The notes below the pieces were generated by a model that worked only from the letters and a program-made list of their open reading frames with translations, did not search any database and was not told the origin of the DNA. Below, in pieces: positions 1 to 8,956 of a stretch of DNA of 64,000 bases (position 1 is its first letter; each line of letters starts with the position of its first letter). The position numbers were made by a program, and so were the translations under genes. The stretch comes from Nanobdellota archaeon (GTDB lineage Archaea; Nanobdellota; Nanobdellia; Parvarchaeales; Parvarchaeaceae), in contig JAKAPM010000002.1 in NCBI GenBank assembly GCA_021807085.1, positions 9,125-73,124 on the forward strand, in the 5' to 3' direction.

Positions 1-2674
1 TCTCCAGGGATTCTCCCTCCTCCAGGACCAGGCTTGGTACGTTGTGCTTTCCATATTCTTCGTTGATGGCGTCGAGTCTGGCCCCGAGCTCTGCCTCCTT
101 TATCTTGAGCGAATTGAATTCCTTCGCCAGTTCGCTCTCCCTGCCCTTGAACTTATCCCTTTCTTTCTCGAGCGAGGATATCTCTTTGGACATCTCCTCC
201 CGCGTCTTCCTGAGTTTGGTTAGGGACTCAGATCTGCTGGCTAACTCCTGCTTCGACTTCTCGAGTCTGGTGGCGACGTCCGTTATGCTCTCGTTTATTT
301 CGCTGATTTCCCTCGCGAACCTAGAGTTCTCTTTTTCCAGGTCCAGACTCCTGCGCGTTATATTATTTAGTTCCGTCTTGAAAACGTTCTCTATCCTGTT
401 CATGGCGGTATTGATGGACACCCTCATCTCGCTGGCTTCCCTGTCGAGCTGTTCTATCTCTTTCCTGTAGTCTGTGAGGTCGGGGCGGATCGAATCCAGC
501 TTCTCGAGCTTATCAGACAGTTCGCCCCTCTCGGCTTCCAGTTTCACTATGGCTTCGGATATCTCCGATTCCGAACCGCCGAATCTTACCCTCTCCCTGC
601 TGGCGGCGCTTATCTTGTTTGCAAGTTCGGCGGATTCCTTCTCCAGCGTCTTTAGCTGCGCCATCATGTAGGCTAGAGAGGATTCCTTTTCGACCAGTTC
701 CGATTCGTAGTTCTCCTTGTTCTTGGTGTGCTCTTCTATGCTCTGGTTCAGTTCGTTTATCTTCTTTGATATTGCGGCTATATTGCTGGCTTCGTAGTGC
801 CCACCGGATATCACCCCGGTTTTCTCCATTATCACGCCGTCGGCTGTCACCATCCTGTACTTACCTATCGAACCTTTCGCCTGTTCGAACCCACTGACGA
901 GAAGGGTGTCGCCGAACACGAACTGCATAGCTTTTTCGAACTTAGGGTCGAAGGACACGAGGTTTATGGTGTAGTCCACTGCGAAATCCAGCTGGGGTTT
1001 CTCCCCGGTACGCACGCCGTATATCTTGTTCAGGGGGATGAAGTTGAGCGAACCGAGTTTTTGGGATTTCAGCCTGTCTATGCAGGCTTTTGCCGTATCG
1101 TCGCCGTCTACGACGACGAATTCCGACCTCCTGCCGATGGACTTGATTATCGAATCTGAGTACCTTAGGTCGTTGACGGTGAAAAGCTCCGCGACTGTTC
1201 CAAACACACCCTCGATTTCCTTGCGCAGTCTATCGGCCATCTCCATTGCCCTGCTCTGGTTGAGTATGCTGCCCCTCGAAGCCAGCACGTTTTCCCTGAG
1301 CCAGTAGAGTTTGTCTGATTCGCCCTTCAAAGCAGACTTGAGCCTGTCGACCTCTGGTTTTATCTCGGAAAACTTGATGGTGAGTTCTTTCTTTTCCGAA
1401 TCGACCCTGTGCTTGGATTCATTGAGCTCGCTAAGTCCAGCCTGCAGCTCAGCCACCTGCGGATACTTGGCCAACGTTAGTTTGTGCTCGTATATTTGCT
1501 TTTCTATCTCATTTGCCCTCTTCTCGTAGGTTTCCTTGTCCTTGAGGTACTTTTCCGACGACAACGCCGATTCGGTAAGCTTCAGCTTCCTGGAGTTGAC
1601 CCCATCGTACTTCTTCCGCAGCGCCTCTATGTCCATGTTCTCTTTGTCTATTGACCCGGTTATTTCCCCTTTGGACGATAAGACCTCCTTGAGTGAGGAT
1701 TCTATTCTGGCCACTTGGTCCTTGTCGGCCTTGAGTATGGTGTTGAGTCTGGTGAGTTCCGATTCGAGTTCCCTGGAGCTGCTCTCCGCCCTGGATATCT
1801 CCTTCTCGCCTTCGGATTCCGCCTGGGTGTTTATGCGGTCTATCTCACTTCTATCGGACGTTATTTTCGAGTCTATTTCCCCGAGTTCCTCGGCAATTTT
1901 CCTGTTGTCCCCGTCGATGCTCCCTATCTTAGAACGCACGCCGCTGAGTTCGCCTTCCACCGCGTTCTTCCTTATCAGTATCTGCTTTGCAAGAAGGGTT
2001 TCCTGCCTCTCTTTTAGCTCCTTGAACTCTATCGCCTTCTTTCGCTCTTTCTCGAGCTGCTCCATCAGCTTCTTCTTCTCGTTAAGTATCGTCTCTATTT
2101 TTGATATGTTACCTTCGACCTTCCTCATCTCGGTCATCGCTTTGGATTTCTTGTCCTCGAAAATGCTTATGCCGGATATGTCGTTTATTATTCGCAGCCG
2201 GTCTTCTGAGCTGTAGCCTATGACCTCGAGTATCTTGCCCTGCGGCACTATGTTGAAGCTGTCCTGCCTCACTTTCACTAGTGACAGGACGTTCACTATC
2301 TCTTCCCTAGTAGACGCCTTTCCGTTGACTCTGTAAACGCTCTTGCCGTTCTTGTCAACCTTCCTGCTGAGGGATATTTCCCTGTCATCGAAGCCGGGAA
2401 ACGACTTGTCTGAGTTGTCCATCAGCACGGTGACCTTGGCGTAATCTGAGGCCCTGCCGTTCTTCCCGCCGTTGAATATCAGGTCAGTCAGAAGCTCGCT
2501 CCTCATCTCCCTCTTCGACGTGCCGCCCAGCACGAACATCATCGCGTCTATTATGTTGCTCTTCCCGGAGCCGTTGGCACCTGCTATCGCATTGAAGCCC
2601 CTGGTAAAATCGAATTTTATGTGACCTGCAAAGGATTTGAAATTCTCCAGTTCTATCTGCTTTACGTAGGTCAT
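1..2674 (-). CDS. smc: SMC chromosome segregation ATPase, N-terminal ~890 aa (partial; C-terminus lies beyond window start)
   Basis: Minus-strand frame is open from ATG at 2674..2672 to the window edge. N-terminus is MTYVKQIELENFKSF...GANGSGKSNI (Walker A), followed by a long E/K/L-rich coiled-coil sequence. Plus-strand Ser-rich ORFs 42..2216 are its antisense shadows. Confidence 0.85.
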   Translation of the reverse strand, partial: MTYVKQIELENFKSFAGHIKFDFTRGFNAIAGANGSGKSNIIDAMMFVLGGTSKREMRSELLTDLIFNGGKNGRASDYAKVTVLMDNSDKSFPGFDDREISLSRKVDKNGKSVYRVNGKASTREEIVNVLSLVKVRQDSFNIVPQGKILEVIGYSSEDRLRIINDISGISIFEDKKSKAMTEMRKVEGNISKIETILNEKKKLMEQLEKERKKAIEFKELKERQETLLAKQILIRKNAVEGELSGVRSKIGSIDGDNRKIAEELGEIDSKITSDRSEIDRINTQAESEGEKEISRAESSSRELESELTRLNTILKADKDQVARIESSLKEVLSSKGEITGSIDKENMDIEALRKKYDGVNSRKLKLTESALSSEKYLKDKETYEKRANEIEKQIYEHKLTLAKYPQVAELQAGLSELNESKHRVDSEKKELTIKFSEIKPEVDRLKSALKGESDKLYWLRENVLASRGSILNQSRAMEMADRLRKEIEGVFGTVAELFTVNDLRYSDSIIKSIGRRSEFVVVDGDDTAKACIDRLKSQKLGSLNFIPLNKIYGVRTGEKPQLDFAVDYTINLVSFDPKFEKAMQFVFGDTLLVSGFEQAKGSIGKYRMVTADGVIMEKTGVISGGHYEASNIAAISKKINELNQSIEEHTKNKENYESELVEKESSLAYMMAQLKTLEKESAELANKISAASRERVRFGGSESEISEAIVKLEAERGELSDKLEKLDSIRPDLTDYRKEIEQLDREASEMRVSINTAMNRIENVFKTELNNITRRSLDLEKENSRFAREISEINESITDVATRLEKSKQELASRSESLTKLRKTREEMSKEISSLEKERDKFKGRESELAKEFNSLKIKEAELGARLDAINEEYGKHNVPSLVLEEGESLE

Positions 2675-2723
2675 AGTGTCTGAATACAATTTTTAATATA
2701 AAATACTAACTAAGTCCGCAGAC

Positions 2724-3872
2724 TTATAAGTCTTTGAACTTTGACGGGTCGAACGTGTACTTACTGACGTCCTTCTCCACAACCTTGCGCCTGCGGCGCA
2801 TTTCTGCAAGCCTTTCGTTTATCTTCCTGGCCGACAGTTCCTTCATCTCTCCGCTCAGCATCCTGCCGCTCTTGTAATCGTCGTATACCTGTCTAATCTT
2901 CGCAGGGTCATCTTCAAACATCGCGTATGCGTTGAATGCGAAATCCACGTCTGGATTCGCGCCGTATTTCCGCTGTTCGGCTACTGTGTCCTTACCCCCA
3001 GAAAAAGCGTACTTCATCATCTTCCTCTTAACCGAATCTTCATCATCGTCCAGGAATATCGCACTTCCTTTGATCGAAGAGGACATCTTGCCGTTCTGTC
3101 CCTGCAGGCTGGGCAGGAACTTGGAGATTATTGCTGATGGTTTGTAATAACCGAGTTTCGGCAGGACGTCCCTGGACACCCTGAAGTAGGGGTCTTGGTC
3201 TATGGCGTAAGGTATCAGGCACCTGATATTCTTCCCGGTGATGGCGGACAGTATGAAGGCGGGTACTATCTGCATCGAGGGGAAAAAGACTTTCCCTATA
3301 TTGTCGCTGTCGACCACGCCGAAAACGGCCTTTATTGTAGATATAGTAGTGTGCTTGGCGACGTCTGTTGCGTAGTAATACAGGGTCTTGGCGTTGTCAT
3401 AGTCCTTTATTATGTGCGTCTTTTTGGGGTCGAAACCGAGGGACAGAACGTCAAGGACGTTTTCGTTCGCCACCGTCTCCACTTCCTTCTTGGACCTGTC
3501 TGACTTTATTAAATATTTCTCATCGTCGGTGAACTGTACCAGCAGGTGCACCCCGAACACATCCTGCAGCCACTTTGTGAAGATGAATGGAAGAAGGTGG
3601 CCTATGTGCATCTTGCCAGACGGCCCCCTCCCAGTGTACAGGTAGAACGGTCTGCCGGCATCGTAATCGTCGAGTATTAGGTTAAGGTCCCTGTGTGCGA
3701 AGAACAGCCCGGTCGCCAGGAAAGGATGCAACTCGCCTCCCGCTACCTTACCGAGCCTTTCCATCAGCTCCTTGCTTATGATGTCAACGCCAAACTTCTC
3801 GATCAGGTGTCTGTAAGCGGCATCGTCTAGTTTTCCAGATACTTCCCAAGGCGTCATCTTTAGGCTATCCAT
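2724..3872 (-). CDS. trpS: tryptophanyl-tRNA synthetase (archaeal/eukaryotic type)
   Basis: 382 aa. N-terminal MTPWEVSG, HIGH-region GKMHIGHL, KMSSS motif: class I aaRS of the Trp/Tyr subclass. A distinct TyrRS paralog is present at 40234..41253. Confidence 0.8.
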   Translation of the reverse strand: MDSLKMTPWEVSGKLDDAAYRHLIEKFGVDIISKELMERLGKVAGGELHPFLATGLFFAHRDLNLILDDYDAGRPFYLYTGRGPSGKMHIGHLLPFIFTKWLQDVFGVHLLVQFTDDEKYLIKSDRSKKEVETVANENVLDVLSLGFDPKKTHIIKDYDNAKTLYYYATDVAKHTTISTIKAVFGVVDSDNIGKVFFPSMQIVPAFILSAITGKNIRCLIPYAIDQDPYFRVSRDVLPKLGYYKPSAIISKFLPSLQGQNGKMSSSIKGSAIFLDDDEDSVKRKMMKYAFSGGKDTVAEQRKYGANPDVDFAFNAYAMFEDDPAKIRQVYDDYKSGRMLSGEMKELSARKINERLAEMRRRRKVVEKDVSKYTFDPSKFKDL

Positions 3873-3927
3873 ATCAGACTATGCTTCCGGTTGTATTTAT
3901 CCTTGTCAGAACACACAGCGGTCAAAA

Positions 3928-4662
3928 TCAGGAAATTATGCCGGCCAGCTCGCTAATGTTGTGTATCACGAAGTCCGGTCTATATTTTCCGATCTCCTTG
4001 GATTTTGAATAGCCGTCGAAGAGCACAGTCATCATACCAGCCTCCTTTGCGTTCTGGATGTCGAGATCCGCTCTGTCGCCAACCATCACCAACTCGCCGG
4101 GTTCCAGGCCGACTGCCTTCGCGGTTTCGAGAAATGCCTTGGGGCCGTCCGCCAGTTTCCCGAATGGTATGGTCTCACCAGCTATCACTATAGCGTCGAA
4201 ATCCGCCGAAAACGGGAGGGAACGTATCCTTTTCGCCTTCATGCCGGCAATCGAGTCTTTCTCGCTCAGCAGGGCGAGCTTTTTTCCCATAGACTTGAAC
4301 AGCTTGACGATGGATTCCGTGTCGGCGGAGAACTTGGGGTTGTTAAGCATGTAGGAGTAGAAGAAATCCTTGTAAGCCCTTAGTTCTCCCGGTGGCAGGT
4401 TTATAGACAGCCTTTCCACTACAACCCCTATCCACTCACCGTGATCGTAAGATTTCTTCGCCACGTTAGAATCCGCTACGTTCTCATCCTGCACGCGCCT
4501 GGATTCTTCGAACAGTCTGTCCTTTCCGACACCGAACTTGTTGGATATATCCGAGAAGATTATGTCGTACACCTCGTTTATGATGCCGTTGGTATCCACT
4601 AGCGTGTTGTCGAAATCGAATATTATGCCTTTGGGGTTTATCTTCCCCGTTTTCGAGAACAT
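3928..4662 (-). CDS. HAD-superfamily hydrolase
   Basis: 244 aa. N-terminal motif I FDFDNTLVDT (DxDxT), and the overall haloacid-dehalogenase-like layout. Confidence 0.7.
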   Translation of the reverse strand: MFSKTGKINPKGIIFDFDNTLVDTNGIINEVYDIIFSDISNKFGVGKDRLFEESRRVQDENVADSNVAKKSYDHGEWIGVVVERLSINLPPGELRAYKDFFYSYMLNNPKFSADTESIVKLFKSMGKKLALLSEKDSIAGMKAKRIRSLPFSADFDAIVIAGETIPFGKLADGPKAFLETAKAVGLEPGELVMVGDRADLDIQNAKEAGMMTVLFDGYSKSKEIGKYRPDFVIHNISELAGIIS

Positions 4663-4713
4663 GGATAGTATTAGATTGGAACTGGCTTTTAAGCTTTGTT
4701 TTACAGGAGATTC

Positions 4714-4896
4714 TCAATGCTTCCTTATGCCGTTGACGTTCTTGCTGAGCCACGCGTATTGCCGCACCTTGGCTGTCTTTCCATAGCCGCAGTGGGAACA
4801 GTATCCTTTTCTCTTGAGGTAGGACTCCTTTCCGCATCTCCTGCACGTTACATGGGGCTGTTTTCTGTTGTGCAGACCCATCGAGGCTGTGCTCAT
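4714..4896 (-). CDS. rpl37e: 50S ribosomal protein L37e
   Basis: 60 aa. Zinc-ribbon C-x2-C...C-x2-C with HNRKQPHVTCRRCGKESY...CSHCGY typical of L37e. Start overlaps the stop of the upstream Sm gene (ATGA). Confidence 0.85.
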   Translation of the reverse strand: MSTASMGLHNRKQPHVTCRRCGKESYLKRKGYCSHCGYGKTAKVRQYAWLSKNVNGIRKH

Positions 4897-5138
4897 ACTG
4901 TAGGAGACACTAGTATTATAGTATCGCCCCTCACAAAGACGTTTCCGAGTTTTCTCATGGTATCGTTATCCTTTTTCTCCTCGGCGTTCTCCAGCGTCAC
5001 GTTTATGTGCACATCAAAGGCGACGAGTTTACCGGTTATCGAATGGCCATTCTTCAACTCTATCAGCACCATCTTTCCTTTTGCTGAATTCAGCAGGTCG
5101 AGGGGTCTCGCGAGGCTGTTTCCACCGTTTTCAGACAT
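4893..5138 (-). CDS. Sm-like archaeal protein (SmAP/LSm)
   Basis: 81 aa. PLDLLNSAKGKMVLIELKNGHSITGKLVAFDVHINVTLENAEE is a canonical Sm1/Sm2 fold signature. The Sm-L37e gene pair is a conserved archaeal arrangement. Confidence 0.85.
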   Translation of the reverse strand: MSENGGNSLARPLDLLNSAKGKMVLIELKNGHSITGKLVAFDVHINVTLENAEEKKDNDTMRKLGNVFVRGDTIILVSPTV

Positions 5139-5140
5139 AA

Positions 5141-6784
5141 CTATTCGCCGTATCCGCCCATTCCGCCCATGCCACCCGGAGGCTGCGACTGGTTGGCCGA
5201 TTTGCCTGCGGCTATTATGTCGTCAATCCTGAGTATCATTGAAGCGACCTCGCTTGCGCTCTTTATAGCCTGTTTCTTCGTCCTCAGCGGTTCTATCACG
5301 CCTTCTTTGTGCATATCGGATACTTTGGGTTTGTATACATCGAGGAGGTTGACTCCGCTCCACGTGTGGCCTTTCTGGTGTTCCGCCCTGAGCTCAACGA
5401 TTATGTCTATTGGATCGAGACCCGCGTTCTCTGCGAGGGTCTTCGGTACGACTTCCAGCGCGTCCGCGAACGCGTTTACTGCCAGCTGCTCCCTGCCTTC
5501 GAGGTTCGTGGCAAAATCCTTCAGGTGCTTTGAGACTTCCAATTCGGTAGACCCGCCGCCGGCGACTATGGCACCGTTGTCCTCTATCACGGACCTCAAG
5601 TCTCCGAGGCTGTCATCTATCGCCCTCTGCACCTCGTCTACGACATGCTCCGTTCCGCCCCTGATGAGTATAGTGACAGCCTTCGGGTTCTTGCATTCCT
5701 CTATGAGCGCAAGGTTCTCCCCCGCAAGCTTTTCCACATGCACCTTTCCAGCGTATCCAAGGTTTCCGTCTTCGACGTCACCGAGAGTGGACACGATTTT
5801 CGCGCCTGTCGCCTTACCTATCTTCTTCATGTCGTTCTCGGACACTCTTCTTAACGCCAGTATCCCTGCCTTTGCAAGGAAGTGCTGCGCCGCGTCGTCT
5901 ATGCCCTTCTGCACTATGACCACGTTCGCCTTCGTCTCCTTTATCTTATCGACCATGTCCTTAAGCATTTTTTCCTCCTCGTTTAGGAACGCCTGGAGCT
6001 GTTCCGGTTTTTCTATCCTTATCTGTGCGTCGATGTTCGTCTTTTCTATCTCGAGCGCAAGGTTCAGGAGGAGTATCTTAGCGTTGTCGACAGAATCCGG
6101 CATGTCGGGGTGGACTTTCTCCTTGTCTATTATCACACCTTTAACCAGTCTCGAATCGGAGAGACCGCCGCCTACTTTCTTCTCGACCTTTATGTTGTCT
6201 ATGTCCACAGTCCCCTCGCCGTCAGAGACCTCGCTGACGTGCTGTATCGCGTCCACTATCAGTGAAATTATGTGCTTGTCAGAACCGGTGCTCTTTCCTA
6301 TTATCGCGGTCTTTACTATCTTCGACAGCTCTTCCTTGTCCTTAATGTTCAGCTTGAGCTTTATCTTGTCGAGAACTTCCTGCGCCCTGTCTGCCGCCAG
6401 TTTGTATCCTCTGGTTATCAACGTAGGGTGTATACTCTGGTCAAGGAGCGTCTCTGCGTTCTTAAGGAGCTCTCCGGCGATTATCACCGCTGTGGTGGTC
6501 CCATCACCCACTTCCTCTTCCTGGGTCTTTGCTACTTCTACTATCATCTTAGCGGCGGGATTCTCGACCTCCATGTTCTTGAGGACCGTTACTCCGTCGT
6601 TGGTTATCGTAATGTCGCCTATATTGTCCACTAGCATCTTGTCCATGCCGCGCGGGCCAAGTGTGGATTTTACCGTGTTTGCAACAGCCTTAGCTGCAGC
6701 TATGTTGTTCCTCTGCGCGTCCTTTCCGCTGGTACGGGTGTAACCCTCGGGAAGGATAAAAATCGGTTGAACCGCTTCTGCCAT
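5141..6784 (-). CDS. ths: thermosome subunit (group II chaperonin)
   Basis: 547 aa. TLGPRGMDKMLV, GDGTTTAVIIAGELL, and a C-terminal GGMGGMGGYGE tail: typical archaeal thermosome. Confidence 0.95.
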   Translation of the reverse strand: MAEAVQPIFILPEGYTRTSGKDAQRNNIAAAKAVANTVKSTLGPRGMDKMLVDNIGDITITNDGVTVLKNMEVENPAAKMIVEVAKTQEEEVGDGTTTAVIIAGELLKNAETLLDQSIHPTLITRGYKLAADRAQEVLDKIKLKLNIKDKEELSKIVKTAIIGKSTGSDKHIISLIVDAIQHVSEVSDGEGTVDIDNIKVEKKVGGGLSDSRLVKGVIIDKEKVHPDMPDSVDNAKILLLNLALEIEKTNIDAQIRIEKPEQLQAFLNEEEKMLKDMVDKIKETKANVVIVQKGIDDAAQHFLAKAGILALRRVSENDMKKIGKATGAKIVSTLGDVEDGNLGYAGKVHVEKLAGENLALIEECKNPKAVTILIRGGTEHVVDEVQRAIDDSLGDLRSVIEDNGAIVAGGGSTELEVSKHLKDFATNLEGREQLAVNAFADALEVVPKTLAENAGLDPIDIIVELRAEHQKGHTWSGVNLLDVYKPKVSDMHKEGVIEPLRTKKQAIKSASEVASMILRIDDIIAAGKSANQSQPPGGMGGMGGYGE

Positions 6785-6949
6785 ATCTGTACCTCCAATA
6801 CGTATATAGTTTCAGCCATTTAAGGCCATAAATTATATTGAATAATAAAGCGCGACGGCATATTTAAATGTTTTCATACTGGGCTGTGAAGGGGTTTGCT
6901 CGGGAAACTGCAAAACAAAGGTTTAAAGGTCGCGGTGCTGCTTACTTGT

Positions 6950-7933
6950 ATGAATGAAGATCTCCCCTACGGCAGCGAGATACGCACAGACTACCGCACC
7001 GGAGAAATGTGTGTCGTGGTCCCTGGGAGGGAAAACAGGCCCAAAGAGGTGGAGGAAGAGGACACAGCGGCTGGTGATCTGTCCAAGTGCCCGTTCGAAC
7101 CTGATACTGTAGACAGAAAAAACCTCGAAGTGATGCACACTGGCGGCGACCATTGGGATATAATGGTAATAAGGAACAAATTCCCGGAATTATCCGGCAA
7201 CACTCCGCTCATGTCGGGAGAAGGGTTCTTCGCTTACACTTCCGGCTACGGATACAATGAAGTTGTGATAGAAACGCCTAAGCACGGGGAAAAACTAGAA
7301 GACTTCGACGAAGGAAAGATAAAGAAATGGCTGGATGTGCTTACTGAGCGCGAAGAAGGTCTGTACGGGAAGCGTTACATAAAGAGCGTAATGGTTTTCA
7401 AGAACTACGGCGCCGCTGCCGGGGCGAGCATAGCGCACGCGCACACCCAGATAATAGCTTGGCCGGAACTGGTAGGCACGCAGAGGGTTGAGCTAGACCG
7501 GATAAAAAGATTCGAAGCTGAGAACAGGCAGTGCCTGTACGAGAACGCCATATCTAAGGAGGGTGTGCGAACCATGATAGAGGGCAACGGCTTCGTGACA
7601 CTGGCGCCTTTCGCTTCCAGGATGGCGGGGGAATCCATGATAGTTCCGAGAAGACATGTCAACTACATACTAGAACTCACCGAGGACGAGAGGTACGAAC
7701 TGGCTTCAACGATAAAGACAGTTATAAGCACCAACAAGAAGATGTTCGGCCAGCAGCCTTACAACATGGTATTCCACGAGCTGAAATCCGAGAAGGACTT
7801 CCACTTCCATATAGAGATATACCCGAGACTTGCTAAGCTCGCCGGGATAGAGCTCGGACAGGACGTGTTCGTTAACACGATAGTACCTGAAGACTACGCG
7901 ATTAGGTTCAGGGAGAACTTCACGCAGAGTTAA
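6950..7933 (+). CDS. GalT-like HIT-family nucleotidyltransferase (galactose-1-phosphate uridylyltransferase family), paralog 1
   Basis: The ORF tracker's start at 6896 is a TTG; the first ATG is at 6950 (MNEDLPYGSEIRTDYRTGE), matching the N-terminus of the paralog at 51539..52558. SKCPFEPD metal site and HAHTQI (H-x-H-x-Q) active-site motif. Confidence 0.65.
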   Translation: MNEDLPYGSEIRTDYRTGEMCVVVPGRENRPKEVEEEDTAAGDLSKCPFEPDTVDRKNLEVMHTGGDHWDIMVIRNKFPELSGNTPLMSGEGFFAYTSGYGYNEVVIETPKHGEKLEDFDEGKIKKWLDVLTEREEGLYGKRYIKSVMVFKNYGAAAGASIAHAHTQIIAWPELVGTQRVELDRIKRFEAENRQCLYENAISKEGVRTMIEGNGFVTLAPFASRMAGESMIVPRRHVNYILELTEDERYELASTIKTVISTNKKMFGQQPYNMVFHELKSEKDFHFHIEIYPRLAKLAGIELGQDVFVNTIVPEDYAIRFRENFTQS

Positions 7934-8850
7934 GCCAGCTTCTTCTCTTCTAGGAATTTGCGCGCATCTATCGCAGCCATGCTTCCCCAACCTGCCGCTA
8001 TCACAGCCTGTTTGTAGACCCTGTCCTGCACGTCCCCTGCTGCGAACACGCCTTCCCTGCTGGTCTTTACCGAATCATGGGTTACTACGTAGCCGTTCTC
8101 GTCTATGTCCAGCTGTCCCTTGAAAAGGTCAGTGTTCGGGTAGTGTCCTATCGCTATGAACAGGCCGTCCGTCTTCAGATGCGTCTTCTCGCCGTTTATC
8201 TTGCTAGTAACCTCAACGCCGGTGACGTGGCCGTCTCCAAGCACTCTTGTGACTTCACTGTCGAAGATTACCCTTATCTTCTTGTTTGCGAACACCCGCT
8301 CCTGCATTATCTTGCTTGCCCTGAATTCCTTCCTCCTGTGCACCAAGGTAACGCTTTTGGTCAGGGTAGACAGATACAGGGCATCCTCCATCGCGCTGTC
8401 CCCGCCGCCTACAACGACGACGTCCTTGTTCCTGAAGAAAGGGCCATCACACACGGCACAGCCGGAGACGCCTTTGCCTATAAGCTCCTTCTCTTTTTCC
8501 AGTCCGAGCCATTTTGCCGATGCACCGGTTGCTATTATTATCGAATATGTCTGATACTCCTTGTCTCCTGCCCAGATCCTATAAGGATATGTACCCAGGT
8601 CGACCTTAGTAACGTTTCCGTCGACTACCCTGCAGCCAAGCGCCTTCACCTGCTCGTACATCGAATCCATCAGGTCTGGGCCCAGGATGGACTTGAAAGC
8701 AGGGAAATTCTCCACTTCGCTGGTGAGCATTAGCTGGCCGCCGGCTTCGAAACCCCTTATGAGAATGGGATCCAGTGCGTCCCTTGTGGCGTATATAGCG
8801 GCAGTGTACCCGGCTGGTCCGGACCCTATTATAACCACTTTTTCCGTCAT
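7930..8850 (-). CDS. trxB: thioredoxin reductase (low-Mr type)
   Basis: 306 aa. FAD motif IIGSGPAGYTAAIYA, redox-active CAVCDG, NAD(P) motif VVVGGGDSAMEDA. Confidence 0.9.
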   Translation of the reverse strand: MTEKVVIIGSGPAGYTAAIYATRDALDPILIRGFEAGGQLMLTSEVENFPAFKSILGPDLMDSMYEQVKALGCRVVDGNVTKVDLGTYPYRIWAGDKEYQTYSIIIATGASAKWLGLEKEKELIGKGVSGCAVCDGPFFRNKDVVVVGGGDSAMEDALYLSTLTKSVTLVHRRKEFRASKIMQERVFANKKIRVIFDSEVTRVLGDGHVTGVEVTSKINGEKTHLKTDGLFIAIGHYPNTDLFKGQLDIDENGYVVTHDSVKTSREGVFAAGDVQDRVYKQAVIAAGWGSMAAIDARKFLEEKKLA

Positions 8851-8956
8851 TACCTGTAACTGTCAATCACCAAATAAATACTTGAGATAACTTTGCGTTG
8901 TCAACCCCTACCGCGAATAGCACTAACTTAAATATAAAAACGACTCAGATATTCTT

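Noticed and set aside
42-2216. Series of plus-strand Ser/Leu/Phe-rich ORFs (142, 65, 92, 120, 93, 72, 226 aa)
   Set aside because: They are antisense shadows of the minus-strand SMC coiled-coil gene: low-complexity, lacking starts in context, and they tile the SMC frame exactly.
5169-6743. 524-aa plus-strand ORF
   Set aside because: It is antisense to the thermosome gene, Ser/Thr/Phe-rich with low complexity. The thermosome frame carries unmistakable chaperonin motifs.
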